In this document: piece after piece, positions 29,962-37,767 of the stretch | Position numbering within the stretch: the first letter of the stretch is position 1 | Layout: every line of letters starts with the position of its first letter | Sequence record: NC_010583.1 | Origin: Escherichia phage Eps7 | Direction: 5' to 3' (one strand) | Length of the DNA stretch: 64,000 nt | Notes under the pieces: generated by a model | Database searches by the model: none | Seen by the model: the letters and a program-made list of their open reading frames with translations, nothing else | What the model was told of the DNA's origin: nothing | Program-made: the position numbers and the translations under genes

Positions 29962-30165
29962 TTAACATTTAATTGCAGAACGTTTACCATTTCTAGGCGC
30001 ACCTGGAAGTCGTGCACGTTCTGCCATTCTTCGCTTAATCTTTGGGATATTTTCTAGTGTTTGTTCTTCAGGCTTAATACCTGAAACACTACACCACTGA
30101 TTACCATCCCATGCGGTAATGATCATAACACCATTACCCATAATCTTTTGTGAAGTAATTCTCAT
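29962..30165 (-). CDS. hypothetical protein
   Basis: 67-aa ORF. Confidence 0.4.
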   Translation of the reverse strand: MRITSQKIMGNGVMIITAWDGNQWCSVSGIKPEEQTLENIPKIKRRMAERARLPGAPRNGKRSAIKC

Positions 30166-30458
30166 TATAACAACTCGTCTAAGTAAGAGGTATACTGGTA
30201 TTTAGCTTCACCAGTTTTATCTACTTCGACTTCTGTTCTAGGTACTTTTCGTACCAGACCGTGAATCATCTTATATTGAATAGATTTAGATGGTTCGTGA
30301 TCTTTAGGAAAGACCTGCTTAACTGTAACTACTTTAAATCCCTCACGTGGTGTTAGTACAACAACTTGATCACCTTCTTTGATTTTCCAAGACTCAGGAA
30401 ATTCATAAGTGTAGCGTTGACCACCGGTAAGGAATATAACAGAAAGATAACGTTTCAT
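30165..30458 (-). CDS. hypothetical protein
   Basis: 97-aa ORF 32 nt downstream of promoter. Confidence 0.5.
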   Translation of the reverse strand: MKRYLSVIFLTGGQRYTYEFPESWKIKEGDQVVVLTPREGFKVVTVKQVFPKDHEPSKSIQYKMIHGLVRKVPRTEVEVDKTGEAKYQYTSYLDELL

Positions 30459-30489
30459 TTGGTTTTCCTCTCATTAATTTATATAAACA

Positions 30490-30518
30490 TTATATCAAGA
30501 AATAAGAGGAAAGGCAAA
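30490..30518 (-). promoter_or_regulatory. sigma70-type early promoter (-35 TTGCCT)
   Basis: ATTATA 30490-30495, AGGCAA 30513-30518, 17-bp spacer. Confidence 0.55.
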
Positions 30519-30533
30519 TGAATTTTTAAATTT

Positions 30534-30608
30534 GGTGCTCCCACCAGGAATCGAACCCGGTTCAGATGCTTACAAGGCAACTGCATCGCCAGCAATGCTT
30601 TAGGAGCA
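30534..30608 (-). tRNA. tRNA-Thr (TGT)
   Basis: manual fold: T-arm CCGGGTTCGATTCCTGG, anticodon loop CTTGTAA, encoded CCA. Confidence 0.6.
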
Positions 30609-30774
30609 ATAAACCCGTTATTTCAACGGGATTTCTTTTTCAAATACAGGAGACTTATCAGACATTACTGTCATAGCCAACTGCTGTAGAAATTCGAATG
30701 AGAGTTTTAAACGTTCTTCGCCCAACTCAACCTCAACGCGCTTCATTCGTTTATCTACCTTTATCTTTAGATTA

Positions 30775-30996
30775 TCAGCCATCTTCGGGTTCTCTTTGCT
30801 CAGCTATTGCTAGCCAGTCTGGTAAAAGAAACTTAGTACGAAATTCTTCATATGTTTCTTCCGGATGAAAGCTATAGCCTTGCTTTTCATCATTTAATAA
30901 AACCGAACCGTCTTCCTGCTCATAAGCTCGGTATGTTTCACCAATAATTAAAACTCGCCTATTAGGGTTTTTATTACGAAACTCAAAAACGTCCAT
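30775..30996 (-). CDS. hypothetical protein
   Basis: 73-aa ORF. Confidence 0.5.
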   Translation of the reverse strand: MDVFEFRNKNPNRRVLIIGETYRAYEQEDGSVLLNDEKQGYSFHPEETYEEFRTKFLLPDWLAIAEQREPEDG

Positions 30997-31011
30997 AACG
31001 TTTCCTTAAAT

Positions 31012-31086
31012 TGGTGCGGGATACGAGAGTCGAACTCGTGTCTACTGGTTGGAAGCCAGTTATTCTAGCCACTGAACTAATCACGC
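31012..31086 (-). tRNA. tRNA-Gly (TCC)
   Basis: manual fold: anticodon stem ACTGG/CCAGT, loop CTTCCAA, T-loop TTCGACT, CCA. Confidence 0.65.
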
Positions 31087-31092
31087 ATAAAT

Positions 31093-31168
31093 TGGCTGGA
31101 GAAGGAGGAATCGAACCTACCATTAACGGAGTCAAAGGCCGTTGTGCTAACCGTTACACTACTCTCCA
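31093..31168 (-). tRNA. tRNA-Gln (TTG)
   Basis: manual fold: U1-A72, discriminator G, anticodon loop CTTTGAC, T-loop TTCGATT, CCA. Confidence 0.6.
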
Positions 31169-31174
31169 AGTATT

Positions 31175-31250
31175 TGGCTGGGATGCCACGGATCGAACGT
31201 GGAACCTTCGGAGTCAGAGGCCGACGATCTGCCAATTGATCTACATCCCA
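31175..31250 (-). tRNA. tRNA-Gln (CTG)
   Basis: manual fold: U1-A72, discriminator G, anticodon loop CTCTGAC, D-stem GATC, CCA. Confidence 0.6.
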
Positions 31251-31258
31251 ATAATTTT

Positions 31259-31459
31259 TTATTCTTCAGGAACCGTGGCTATTGGATCTGGTTCTTCTAG
31301 ACGTTTACCATTATGATCGACACGAATAATGCCACAACCTTCACAGATTACAACAGCACCATAGCCTTCTTTAACTTCGGCTTCTGTAATCAGACCAGAT
31401 AAATCACCAGTATCTTTGCCCCACATATCAATAGAGCATTCTTTGCAGAAATCAGCCAT
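31259..31459 (-). CDS. zinc-ribbon-like small protein
   Basis: 66-aa ORF with CxxC...CxxC. Confidence 0.5.
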   Translation of the reverse strand: MADFCKECSIDMWGKDTGDLSGLITEAEVKEGYGAVVICEGCGIIRVDHNGKRLEEPDPIATVPEE

Positions 31460-31483
31460 ATTTTATTTCCTATTTAAGTTAAT

Positions 31484-31558
31484 TGGTGCATCCTCAGGGA
31501 ATCGAACCCCGATCGTAAAGTTCGTAGCTTTACATTCTTTCCGTTGAAATAAGGACGC
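31484..31558 (-). tRNA. tRNA-Arg (ACG)
   Basis: manual fold: anticodon stem TAAAG/CTTTA, loop CTACGAA, T-loop TTCGATT, CCA. Confidence 0.6.
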
Positions 31559-31564
31559 AATATT

Positions 31565-31641
31565 TGGGGTGGCTAGTGGAATTCGAATCCACATAGGCCT
31601 GATTCACAATCAGGATCATTAACCAATTATGATATAGCCAC
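31565..31641 (-). tRNA. tRNA-His (GTG)
   Basis: manual fold: anticodon stem CCTGA/TCAGG, loop TTGTGAA, T-loop TTCGAAT, CCA. Confidence 0.7.
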
Positions 31642-31960
31642 AATTGAAATCTCTAGTTATCCCTTTCGGAGGGGCTAAAGGGCGATACCCATTCTAAAGA
31701 CTTCAATTGTGGCGGCTCTCCGAAACTCATCACACTAACAACTAGTTGATTACTTCTGGATTCTCGCCCAGAAAATTCTCTAGAAAGGTGCACCGTTACT
31801 CTTTGAGCCATTAATGTATCAAGAAGCAGAAGGACTTGAACCTTCACGAGATAGACCATTTATCTCAGCCTCGTTTTCGGGTATCTTATGAGGAGTGGAT
31901 GTTCCCCTTACGCCCTTTAGGAAGCCCCGTCTACCGATTCCGGCATACTTCAAGAATTAT
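31642..31960 (-). other. unresolved tRNA-like / structured RNA region
   Basis: ORF-free; contains Leu-tRNA-like D-arm GGAATCGGTAGAC and a T-arm GAAGGTTCAAGTCCTTC without clean acceptor pairing or CCA. Confidence 0.3.
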
Positions 31961-32164
31961 TTAAAACTTGTAACCTTCGGGAACCTTATCCTTAACACCA
32001 ATATACTCAGCTTGGATGTAATAATCAGGTACATGATCTTTTGGCAGATTCTTGTTAGTATCATGAACCTCAGCTCTAGCTTCTTCTTCAGAATCAAAAC
32101 CACGATACCAGATTTCACCACCCCAGCCACGTTCACTTTCGGTATACTTAACAATGTGTTTCAT
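31961..32164 (-). CDS. hypothetical protein
   Basis: track ORF 31961..32215 trimmed to internal Met so it does not overlap tRNA. Confidence 0.4.
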   Translation of the reverse strand: MKHIVKYTESERGWGGEIWYRGFDSEEEARAEVHDTNKNLPKDHVPDYYIQAEYIGVKDKVPEGYKF

Positions 32165-32182
32165 AAGGTTTTCCTTATTAGT

Positions 32183-32272
32183 TGGAGGAAGGTAATGGAG
32201 TCGAACCATCACCATATCGCTACAGCGGGCAGGTTTTCAAGACCTGTTACATACCACTATGTCCTACCTTCC
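32183..32272 (-). tRNA. tRNA-Ser (TGA), long variable arm
   Basis: manual fold: acceptor GGAAGGT/ACCTTCC, anticodon stem CAGGT/ACCTG, loop CTTGAAA, CCA; 90 nt. Confidence 0.65.
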
Positions 32273-32279
32273 AGTTGTT

Positions 32280-32370
32280 TGGCGGAAGAAGAGAGATTCG
32301 AACTCTCAAGCCGTTTTACCAGTCAGCCACTTTCCAAGCGGTTTTCGTCACCTAATCGATTTGCTCTTCC
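32280..32370 (-). tRNA. tRNA, long-variable-arm class (anticodon unresolved, possibly Ser-GGA)
   Basis: perfect T-arm GAGAGTTCGAATCTCTC, acceptor GGAAGAG/TTCTTCC, CCA; 91 nt. Confidence 0.5.
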
Positions 32371-32544
32371 GTAGATCTCAGGATTAAATCATAAACTTCA
32401 TTAGCGGATACTGGAAGTATGAGATTATACATCTTTTGGTCATACCTCTGACCATACTCTATAAACACATACTCTTTAGTTAATGTATTAACAGCTAACC
32501 AGATATCAGTTATAGGAGTTTTCATCATGAGTTAATCCAATGTT

Positions 32545-32625
32545 TGGTAGGGATGGAGGGACTCGAACCCACACCCGAAGACTAGAATCTAAATCTAGCG
32601 CGTCTGCCAATTTCGCCACATCCCC
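32545..32625 (-). tRNA. tRNA-Leu (TAG)
   Basis: manual fold: anticodon stem CTAGA/TCTAG, loop TTTAGAT, extended variable region, CCA. Confidence 0.6.
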
Positions 32626-32632
32626 ATTTTAT

Positions 32633-32851
32633 TTAGTTAGAAATAAATAATAATCCCGCAACAATGGAACCTACGCCACTGAACACCATTATCAGCATAG
32701 CTTCTAAGCTGATAAAGCGGACAGTATATGGAGCGCCCCAAGAATAATCAGTAAAGAAAGTTTTCTTTTCTTTAGCTAAATCTTTAACAGTTCTAAAATA
32801 GATAGCTAGTGCTAAAGCTGCAAGAACTATAGAGGCTGCTAAGAATACCAT
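32633..32851 (-). CDS. small membrane protein
   Basis: 72-aa ORF with two hydrophobic segments. Confidence 0.45.
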   Translation of the reverse strand: MVFLAASIVLAALALAIYFRTVKDLAKEKKTFFTDYSWGAPYTVRFISLEAMLIMVFSGVGSIVAGLLFISN

Positions 32852-32870
32852 ATTATTTCCTTAATTTGTT

Positions 32871-32946
32871 TGGTGGAGTCACTCAGAATTGAACTGAGTT
32901 CCACTGCTTGCAAGGCAGTAAGTTTAACCAAATAACCTATGACCCC
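32871..32946 (-). tRNA. tRNA-Ala (TGC)
   Basis: manual fold: G3-U70 pair, anticodon stem ACTGC/GCAGT, loop CTTGCAA, CCA. Confidence 0.6.
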
Positions 32947-32952
32947 GAATTT

Positions 32953-33031
32953 TGGTGGAGAATAACGGAATCGAACCGTTCTGATGTCCTCGGTGCAAGC
33001 GAGGTGTCCACTCCATGCAGACCCATTCCCC
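32953..33031 (-). tRNA. tRNA with anticodon TGC (second Ala-like copy)
   Basis: manual fold: G3-U70, anticodon stem CCTCG/CGAGG, loop CTTGCAC, T-arm AACGGTTCGATTCCGTT, CCA. Confidence 0.5.
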
Positions 33032-33040
33032 AAAATTTAT

Positions 33041-33304
33041 TTATTCTCTATACATATCGAGAACAGTTGCTACAATCTGAGCTTCTAGCCTAGCAATATC
33101 TTTATTCACTATATCAGATTCTACTACTAAGTGATTATATATTGCTTCAGTTTTAGCAAGATCTACATCAGATAGTTTATTAAGACTATTATAATACTTA
33201 GCATTATTGCAACGTTTCTTCATATCGGAAACTCGTTTATGGAGTGTTCTTTGTTGATAACGTTGTGACATTAGTTTCTTAGCCATATCTTTCAGATCAA
33301 ACAT
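33041..33304 (-). CDS. hypothetical protein
   Basis: 87-aa ORF with AGGAAT RBS. Confidence 0.5.
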   Translation of the reverse strand: MFDLKDMAKKLMSQRYQQRTLHKRVSDMKKRCNNAKYYNSLNKLSDVDLAKTEAIYNHLVVESDIVNKDIARLEAQIVATVLDMYRE

Positions 33305-33548
33305 GGATATTCCTTCTAGTTTACTAAGGCTATTAGCTCGGTGTGCGTATTACCCTCAGACATTAGCCAGTAGAGGATAATCGCTCTTCACAAACCCGAT
33401 ACACTATTCAGTTGCCGCTGAATCTAGCGGACTAATCTAGAACTTCTCCCGAGTCGTAGGGATCGTGCTTTTTTGGCAGCCAGTCCTAGGTCGAGCTAAT
33501 ACCTTAGTGAACTTTGATGAGGATTTCTCCTCATCAATTTATATAAAT
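33305..33548 (-). ncRNA. candidate structured leader / small RNA
   Basis: 245-nt ORF-poor transcribed segment between promoter and next start codon; long-range complement TAAGGTATTAGCTCG vs CGAGCTAATAGCCTTA; local hairpins. Confidence 0.3.
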
Positions 33549-33577
33549 ATTATAACAAGAAATTAAGCATCAAGCAA
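33549..33577 (-). promoter_or_regulatory. sigma70-type early promoter
   Basis: ATTATA 33549-33554, AAGCAA 33572-33577, 17-bp spacer. Confidence 0.6.
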
Positions 33578-33929
33578 GTACATTTTTAGCGATTTCTTGT
33601 AGTTCCTTAACGTCGCTAACGAAAAGGTAATCAGAGCTTCCAGAGTGCATACTCTGCATAACCACACCACCATCCGGTGCATCTTCTTTCAGTGTGATAC
33701 CTAACCAGAACTCGGCAAAACTAGGTGTTACCTCACCTTGACTTGCCTTGAACACATCGCCTTCTGTGATCTCTTGACCAGTGGAGAGTCCCATGTATGG
33801 TACGTTCAGATCAATATCTTTGTAGAACTCAGCTAGATCTTGCTCGAAATCCCAACCTTTAGAGATAGCGAACTCCATTGTTACATGACCGAAATAGCCT
33901 TGAACCTTGCTTGATAATTGCATTTGCAA
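33570..33929 (-). CDS. hypothetical protein
   Basis: 119-aa ORF. Confidence 0.5.
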   Translation of the reverse strand: MQMQLSSKVQGYFGHVTMEFAISKGWDFEQDLAEFYKDIDLNVPYMGLSTGQEITEGDVFKASQGEVTPSFAEFWLGITLKEDAPDGGVVMQSMHSGSSDYLFVSDVKELQEIAKNVLA

Positions 33930-33948
33930 TTCCTTATTTTGAGTTAAT

Positions 33949-34022
33949 TGGTACTCGGTGATAGAATCGAACTATCGCAACCGCCGTGTAAAGACGGGGT
34001 TCTCCCATTAAACTAACCGAGC
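33949..34022 (-). tRNA. tRNA-Val (TAC)
   Basis: manual fold: T-arm GATAGTTCGATTCTATC, anticodon stem CCGTC/GGCGG, loop TTTACAC, CCA. Confidence 0.6.
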
Positions 34023-34026
34023 AATT

Positions 34027-34104
34027 TGGTGGATTGCCTGGGATTCGAACCCAGAACTGACGGATTAAAGGTCCGCTACTCTTATCCAGTTGAGCTAGCA
34101 ATCC
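34027..34104 (-). tRNA. tRNA-Lys (TTT)
   Basis: manual fold: anticodon stem GCGGA/TCCGT, loop CCTTTAA, T-arm CTGGGTTCGAATCCCAG, CCA. Confidence 0.6.
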
Positions 34105-34490
34105 AATTTTTCTACTAATAATTTAAAAGCATCTAGTACAGGTACTTCAAACCATTCTCCAGATACTCTATAATCTTTAAGAAGATTATGTAATTCTTTC
34201 TCTGTACGTCTTTTATCCGACGAAAATCTGAAATGGTATAGCTTGTAGTCTCTATTAGGTGAATAAGTTTGATAACTTGTTAACCTCTCATTCACATCTA
34301 TAGTCATACCTATTTTATACATGCCTGGCCATGCTGGATTACCAATTACATATACAAAACCTTCCGTTATAGGTATTTTATGCTCCCTTTTATACTTTAA
34401 GAGATTTAAGGCTGCCATTCGATAACAGAATCTAAACTCTGAAGTTTTTAACTTACCTTCTTTACCTGAAATTTCGTTATATTTGCTCAT
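34095..34490 (-). CDS. T5orf172-type (GIY-YIG-like) domain protein
   Basis: 131-aa ORF with YVIGNPAWPGMYKIGMT...RL...Y pattern; 3' end overlaps tRNA by ~10 nt. Confidence 0.5.
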   Translation of the reverse strand: MSKYNEISGKEGKLKTSEFRFCYRMAALNLLKYKREHKIPITEGFVYVIGNPAWPGMYKIGMTIDVNERLTSYQTYSPNRDYKLYHFRFSSDKRRTEKELHNLLKDYRVSGEWFEVPVLDAFKLLVEKLDC

Positions 34491-34744
34491 ATAAGCTCTT
34501 ATGAGCTTATCATCTATAATGAAGTTATCAGGAAGGTTTAAGGCAGCTAAAAACTTTATTAATTAGCATAGACTTCCTTAATAGAATAAACTTTTAAGTT
34601 AAGGTGATTAATACCAAATTCCGCCATCACTTCGTTTTCATCTTTACCGTAATGGGCTAGTGGATACTTCTTACGATCTTTGCTAGAACGTAGATCACTT
34701 ACTTTTAAACGAAATAATTTCATTTCGAAATCCTTCTATTAAAT

Positions 34745-34822
34745 TGGAAGCGGGTGCAGGAATCGAACCTACCTCTTTCTAGCTTATGAGACTAGCGATC
34801 TCTACCAGAGATCTAACCCGCA
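34745..34822 (-). tRNA. tRNA-Met (CAT), possibly initiator type
   Basis: manual fold: unpaired 1-72, anticodon loop CTCATAA, T-loop TTCGATT, CCA. Confidence 0.55.
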
Positions 34823-34828
34823 ATTGTT

Positions 34829-34907
34829 TGGTCTCCGTGGGAGGATTTGAACCCCCCGACCCTATCGCCCCAAACGAAACGCTCTGGCCAAACTGAGCTA
34901 CACGGAG
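34829..34907 (-). tRNA. tRNA-Pro (TGG)
   Basis: manual fold: acceptor CTCCGTG/CACGGAG, anticodon loop TTTGGGG, T-loop TTCAAAT, CCA. Confidence 0.55.
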
Positions 34908-34938
34908 AATATTCTTTGTTAACTCACTTTATAAATAT

Positions 34939-34967
34939 ATTATACAGAGAATTAAGCTAAATAGCAA
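34939..34967 (-). promoter_or_regulatory. sigma70-type early promoter upstream of tRNA pair
   Basis: ATTATA 34939-34944, TAGCAA 34962-34967, 17-bp spacer. Confidence 0.6.
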
Positions 34968-35212
34968 CTACATTTTTAATAAATTTACTTATTAGGTAAG
35001 TCACCGAGCTATCAACTCATGCTAGCGAAAGTTTGCGAGACCTTCTTTAAGTACTAGAACACACCCGCCGATGTGTCGGACTTACTTAATAAGTAAACTT
35101 TCGTTTACTTACACCTACCTGGTCGGGAGGATTTTCAGCGACTAGAACCGGCCGGAAACTCATCGCCTTGTTTATCTAGGAGTCCGTTCTCTAGGAAGCA
35201 GAAACCTAAATT

Positions 35213-35287
35213 TGGTGCGGTCGGAGGGAATCGAACCCTCAACTTCTGGTTGGCAACCAAAAAATTATACCTTTTAACTACGAACGC
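35213..35287 (-). tRNA. tRNA-Gly (GCC)
   Basis: manual fold: T-arm GAGGGTTCGATTCCCTC, anticodon stem TTTGG/CCAGA, loop TTGCCAA, CCA. Confidence 0.6.
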
Positions 35288-35302
35288 ATAATAAGTCAAT
35301 CT

Positions 35303-35440
35303 AGGCAGGACTTGAACCTGCTATCACTTGTGCGGATTTACGAGAACCATTCTTTCACTCGAATCGAACGAGCTTCTACCCTCGGCAAGCTGGTGTCCCC
35401 TCTCCACCACGCTAGAATGATAATTAATGCCTGCTCCTTT
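35303..35440 (-). other. unresolved tRNA-like region (two T-arm-like motifs, no encoded CCA)
   Basis: GCAGGTTCAAGTCCTGC and GCTCGTTCGATTCGAGT motifs; acceptor stems could not be paired by hand. Confidence 0.3.
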
Positions 35441-35500
35441 GAATCAAGAAGTCCACCCCGGACTTTGGGTCTTTGCAGTACATCACGCTGCTCTGATGTT

Positions 35501-35576
35501 TGGTACACCCACTAGGACTTGAACCTAGAACCCTCCGCTTAAGAGGCGGTAGCTCTAACCATTGAGCTATGGATGT
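35501..35576 (-). tRNA. tRNA-Lys (CTT)
   Basis: manual fold: T-arm CTAGGTTCAAGTCCTAG, anticodon loop CTCTTAA, CCA. Confidence 0.55.
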
Positions 35577-35652
35577 ATTATTATGTTTTGCAGTGCTCTA
35601 AATATAGACACTTCCCACGCGGTGGTTATCTATACCAGCGTCCTGCAAAAAT

Positions 35653-35729
35653 TGGCGCGACCGATGGGATTCGAACCCACATTTTCTCCCGTGACAGGGG
35701 AGTACCATTACCAAGCCAGCCCCGATCGC
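35653..35729 (-). tRNA. tRNA-Asp (GTC)
   Basis: manual fold: anticodon stem CTCCC/GGGAG, loop CTGTCAC, T-loop TTCGAAT, discriminator G, CCA. Confidence 0.65.
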
Positions 35730-36025
35730 ATAATTTATTTACTCAGTTTTGAGTTTTTCGATAGCTTCCTCAACCTCTTTTAGAGCTTCACGACGGGCAT
35801 TCTGTTGCTGCATATCTTGAATTAATGTCAGTTTTTGTTTTTAATTTCTTGATCCCAAACCTTAATATTATTAATCAGACTATCACGATCAGCTTCTAGT
35901 CGAGCAATTGCACGAGTTGTCATATCTATTTCCTCAGTTATTAATGAAAATGGTATCTGTGACTGAATTCAATATCAGTAATGATAGCTGGTTGGCTACC
36001 GGTTTACTTAACTCTACACAGAATA

Positions 36026-36108
36026 TGGCGGGCCGTGTAGGATTCGAACCTACGTTGTCTTTCGACATGGATTAACAGTCCACCGCCAAACCGCTTGGCT
36101 AACGACCC
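36026..36108 (-). tRNA. tRNA-Asn (GTT) with enlarged variable region
   Basis: manual fold: anticodon arm GTGGACTGTTAATCCAT, T-arm GTAGGTTCGAATCCTAC, CCA; 83 nt. Confidence 0.55.
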
Positions 36109-36115
36109 TAAAATT

Positions 36116-36191
36116 TGGACGACCGCATGAGATTCGAACTCACATAAGGAGGTTTTGCAGGCCTCCGCCTAAGCCATTCAGCCAACGGTCG
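36116..36191 (-). tRNA. tRNA-Cys (GCA)
   Basis: manual fold: anticodon loop CTGCAAA, discriminator U, T-loop TTCGAAT, CCA. Confidence 0.55.
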
Positions 36192-36369
36192 AGTTATCTT
36201 GCTTTTCGAGATTAGTAAACTCTAGATCTTTAGAATGTCCTATAGATCTAGCATAATAGCCATCTCCAGCATCATAGCCTGACTTACCACACTCACACAT
36301 CTTAAACTCTCTATAACGAGTGAAAATATGTTCAGAACCACAACACTTAAATTTAACTAACATTTTCAT
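36178..36369 (-). CDS. zinc-ribbon-like small protein
   Basis: 63-aa ORF with CC...CxC; 3' end overlaps tRNA by ~14 nt so stop may be misplaced. Confidence 0.4.
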   Translation of the reverse strand: MKMLVKFKCCGSEHIFTRYREFKMCECGKSGYDAGDGYYARSIGHSKDLEFTNLEKQDNSTVG

Positions 36370-36590
36370 TTAACACGCTCCGGTAAATCTTCGAGTTTAT
36401 ATTGAGTAGCCACATTAGCAGCATCTAGTAACAAACCCATATGTTTAAGAATCCTAGTGATAGCTTCGCCTTCTGCTTCTTCTACAAAAGTGCGTAGTTG
36501 AATGAAGTCAATACCACCATCCATACCAGAGAAAATGTTAAGTAAGCGAAGCATTACCAGCTTACGTTCTTTTAATTCTTGTTCTGCCAT
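36366..36590 (-). CDS. hypothetical protein
   Basis: track ORF 36366..36608 trimmed to Met 30 nt downstream of promoter -10. Confidence 0.5.
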   Translation of the reverse strand: MAEQELKERKLVMLRLLNIFSGMDGGIDFIQLRTFVEEAEGEAITRILKHMGLLLDAANVATQYKLEDLPERVK

Positions 36591-36619
36591 GTTGCTTCTC
36601 CAGTTCAATTTATGTAATA

Positions 36620-36648
36620 ATTATACAGAACTTTAAGGATTTAAGCAA
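36620..36648 (-). promoter_or_regulatory. sigma70-type early promoter
   Basis: ATTATA 36620-36625, AAGCAA 36643-36648, 17-bp spacer. Confidence 0.6.
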
Positions 36649-36928
36649 CTACATTTTTCAGAAATTTGATGCCTTTCTTTTTCTTCTTATACTTCCACGT
36701 TAATGGATTCTGTCGATTATGAACGCTTGAGATCTTTGTCTCGTCAAATTTCTTCAATACCATGTAATCACACGCCAACTGCTCTAGTGGAATGGTTTCT
36801 CCATCAAAAGCATAAACATAAGGCTGTTGACTAGCACGATAATGATAGACTTTGTTAACTCTACGTTTCAGCGACTTATCCGCGCAGTAAATAAAGAAGT
36901 TTTCAGGATGCATCAGCATCTCCTTCAA
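36641..36928 (-). CDS. hypothetical protein
   Basis: 95-aa ORF directly downstream of tRNA. Confidence 0.45.
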   Translation of the reverse strand: MKEMLMHPENFFIYCADKSLKRRVNKVYHYRASQQPYVYAFDGETIPLEQLACDYMVLKKFDETKISSVHNRQNPLTWKYKKKKKGIKFLKNVVA

Positions 36929-36930
36929 AT

Positions 36931-37005
36931 TGGTGCAACCTGTACGTAACGATCGTACCTCTTCTCCTTTTCAGGGAGACGCTAATCCATCTCAGCTAAA
37001 GTCGC
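36931..37005 (-). tRNA. tRNA-Phe (GAA)
   Basis: manual fold: anticodon stem TCTCC/GGAGA, loop CTGAAAA, CCA; atypical T-loop. Confidence 0.5.
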
Positions 37006-37011
37006 AAATAT

Positions 37012-37088
37012 TGGCAAACCTACTAGGACTCGAACCTAGACCGTACGGTTTTGGAGACCGACATGCTGTCCAGTAACACTCTAGGAAT
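37012..37088 (-). tRNA. tRNA-like, anticodon probably CCA (Trp); acceptor stem imperfect
   Basis: T-arm CTAGGTTCGAGTCCTAG, anticodon arm CGGTCTCCAAAACCG, CCA end; 5' acceptor pairs poorly. Confidence 0.4.
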
Positions 37089-37096
37089 GCAGAAAT

Positions 37097-37173
37097 TGGC
37101 GTCCTGTGCGGGGATCGAACCCGCAAATCCTACCTTGAAAGGGTAGTGACTTTACCAGTTTGTCTAACAGGAC
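37097..37173 (-). tRNA. tRNA-Glu (TTC)
   Basis: manual fold: acceptor GTCCTGT/ACAGGAC, anticodon stem CTACC/GGTAG, loop CTTTCAA, CCA. Confidence 0.7.
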
Positions 37174-37180
37174 TTAAATT

Positions 37181-37271
37181 TGGTGTTGGATGATGGAGTC
37201 GAACCACCCGAGACCCTTCCGAGTCGGCAGATTTACAGTCTGCTTCGCTACCTCTACGATACTAATCCAAC
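37181..37271 (-). tRNA. tRNA-Tyr (GTA), long variable arm
   Basis: manual fold: anticodon stem GCAGA/TCTGC, loop CTGTAAA, 91 nt, CCA. Confidence 0.65.
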
Positions 37272-37396
37272 ATATTTGAATGAAAAATAAGTCGGTTAAA
37301 CTCAAGGTGGAATATTTCAGGAAATCCTGACTTTACCCCTAAAAGCAACTCGCTTAGTTACTTCTCATTCAGATATGTTTTCCAAATTAGATAACT

Positions 37397-37426
37397 ATTA
37401 TATCAAGTTTTGAAGGACTGAGCAAG
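37397..37426 (-). promoter_or_regulatory. sigma70-type promoter overlapping a hairpin
   Basis: ATTATA 37397-37402, AGCAAG 37421-37426; inverted repeat CTGAGCAAG...CTTGCTCAG 37418-37450. Confidence 0.45.
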
Positions 37427-37461
37427 TCAAATTTTAAAGAACTTGCTCAGTGCTATATCAG

Positions 37462-37737
37462 TTACTCGAAGCTAGGAGTGACACTCAGTTTGAATGGAAG
37501 CTCGAACACTTCTTCATAATCATCATTGAGCGTAATTACACGACCTTCTAGCTTAGTCATGGTGATTTCGATATCAGCCTCTGCATCAGGAGCCATACCA
37601 GCTTCCACACATTTAGCTTTGACTTCCGGCAGAAGTTCTACATCGTAGAAATAAAGCCATTCAATCTCACCTTCCCAGCCACCCCAGGATTTACAAACAG
37701 CACTTTCAACACCAGTTGCAGTAACACGTTTTGACAT
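37462..37737 (-). CDS. hypothetical acidic protein
   Basis: 91-aa ORF 31 nt downstream of promoter. Confidence 0.5.
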   Translation of the reverse strand: MSKRVTATGVESAVCKSWGGWEGEIEWLYFYDVELLPEVKAKCVEAGMAPDAEADIEITMTKLEGRVITLNDDYEEVFELPFKLSVTPSFE

Positions 37738-37767
37738 TCGTTAACTCCTTCATCAATTTATATAACT

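Noticed and set aside
31011-31316. Plus-strand ORF (101 aa) in the six-frame track
   Set aside because: Lies entirely across three well-formed minus-strand tRNA genes; antisense artefact.
31895-32374. Plus-strand ORF (159 aa)
   Set aside because: Covers two long-variable-arm tRNAs and a tRNA-like region on the opposite strand; low-complexity translation.
32839-33033. Minus-strand ORF (64 aa)
   Set aside because: Coincides with the two Ala-type tRNAs; translation of tRNA sequence.
35312-35783. Plus-strand ORFs 35312..35515 and 35562..35783
   Set aside because: Both run antisense across tRNA genes; no RBS or promoter.
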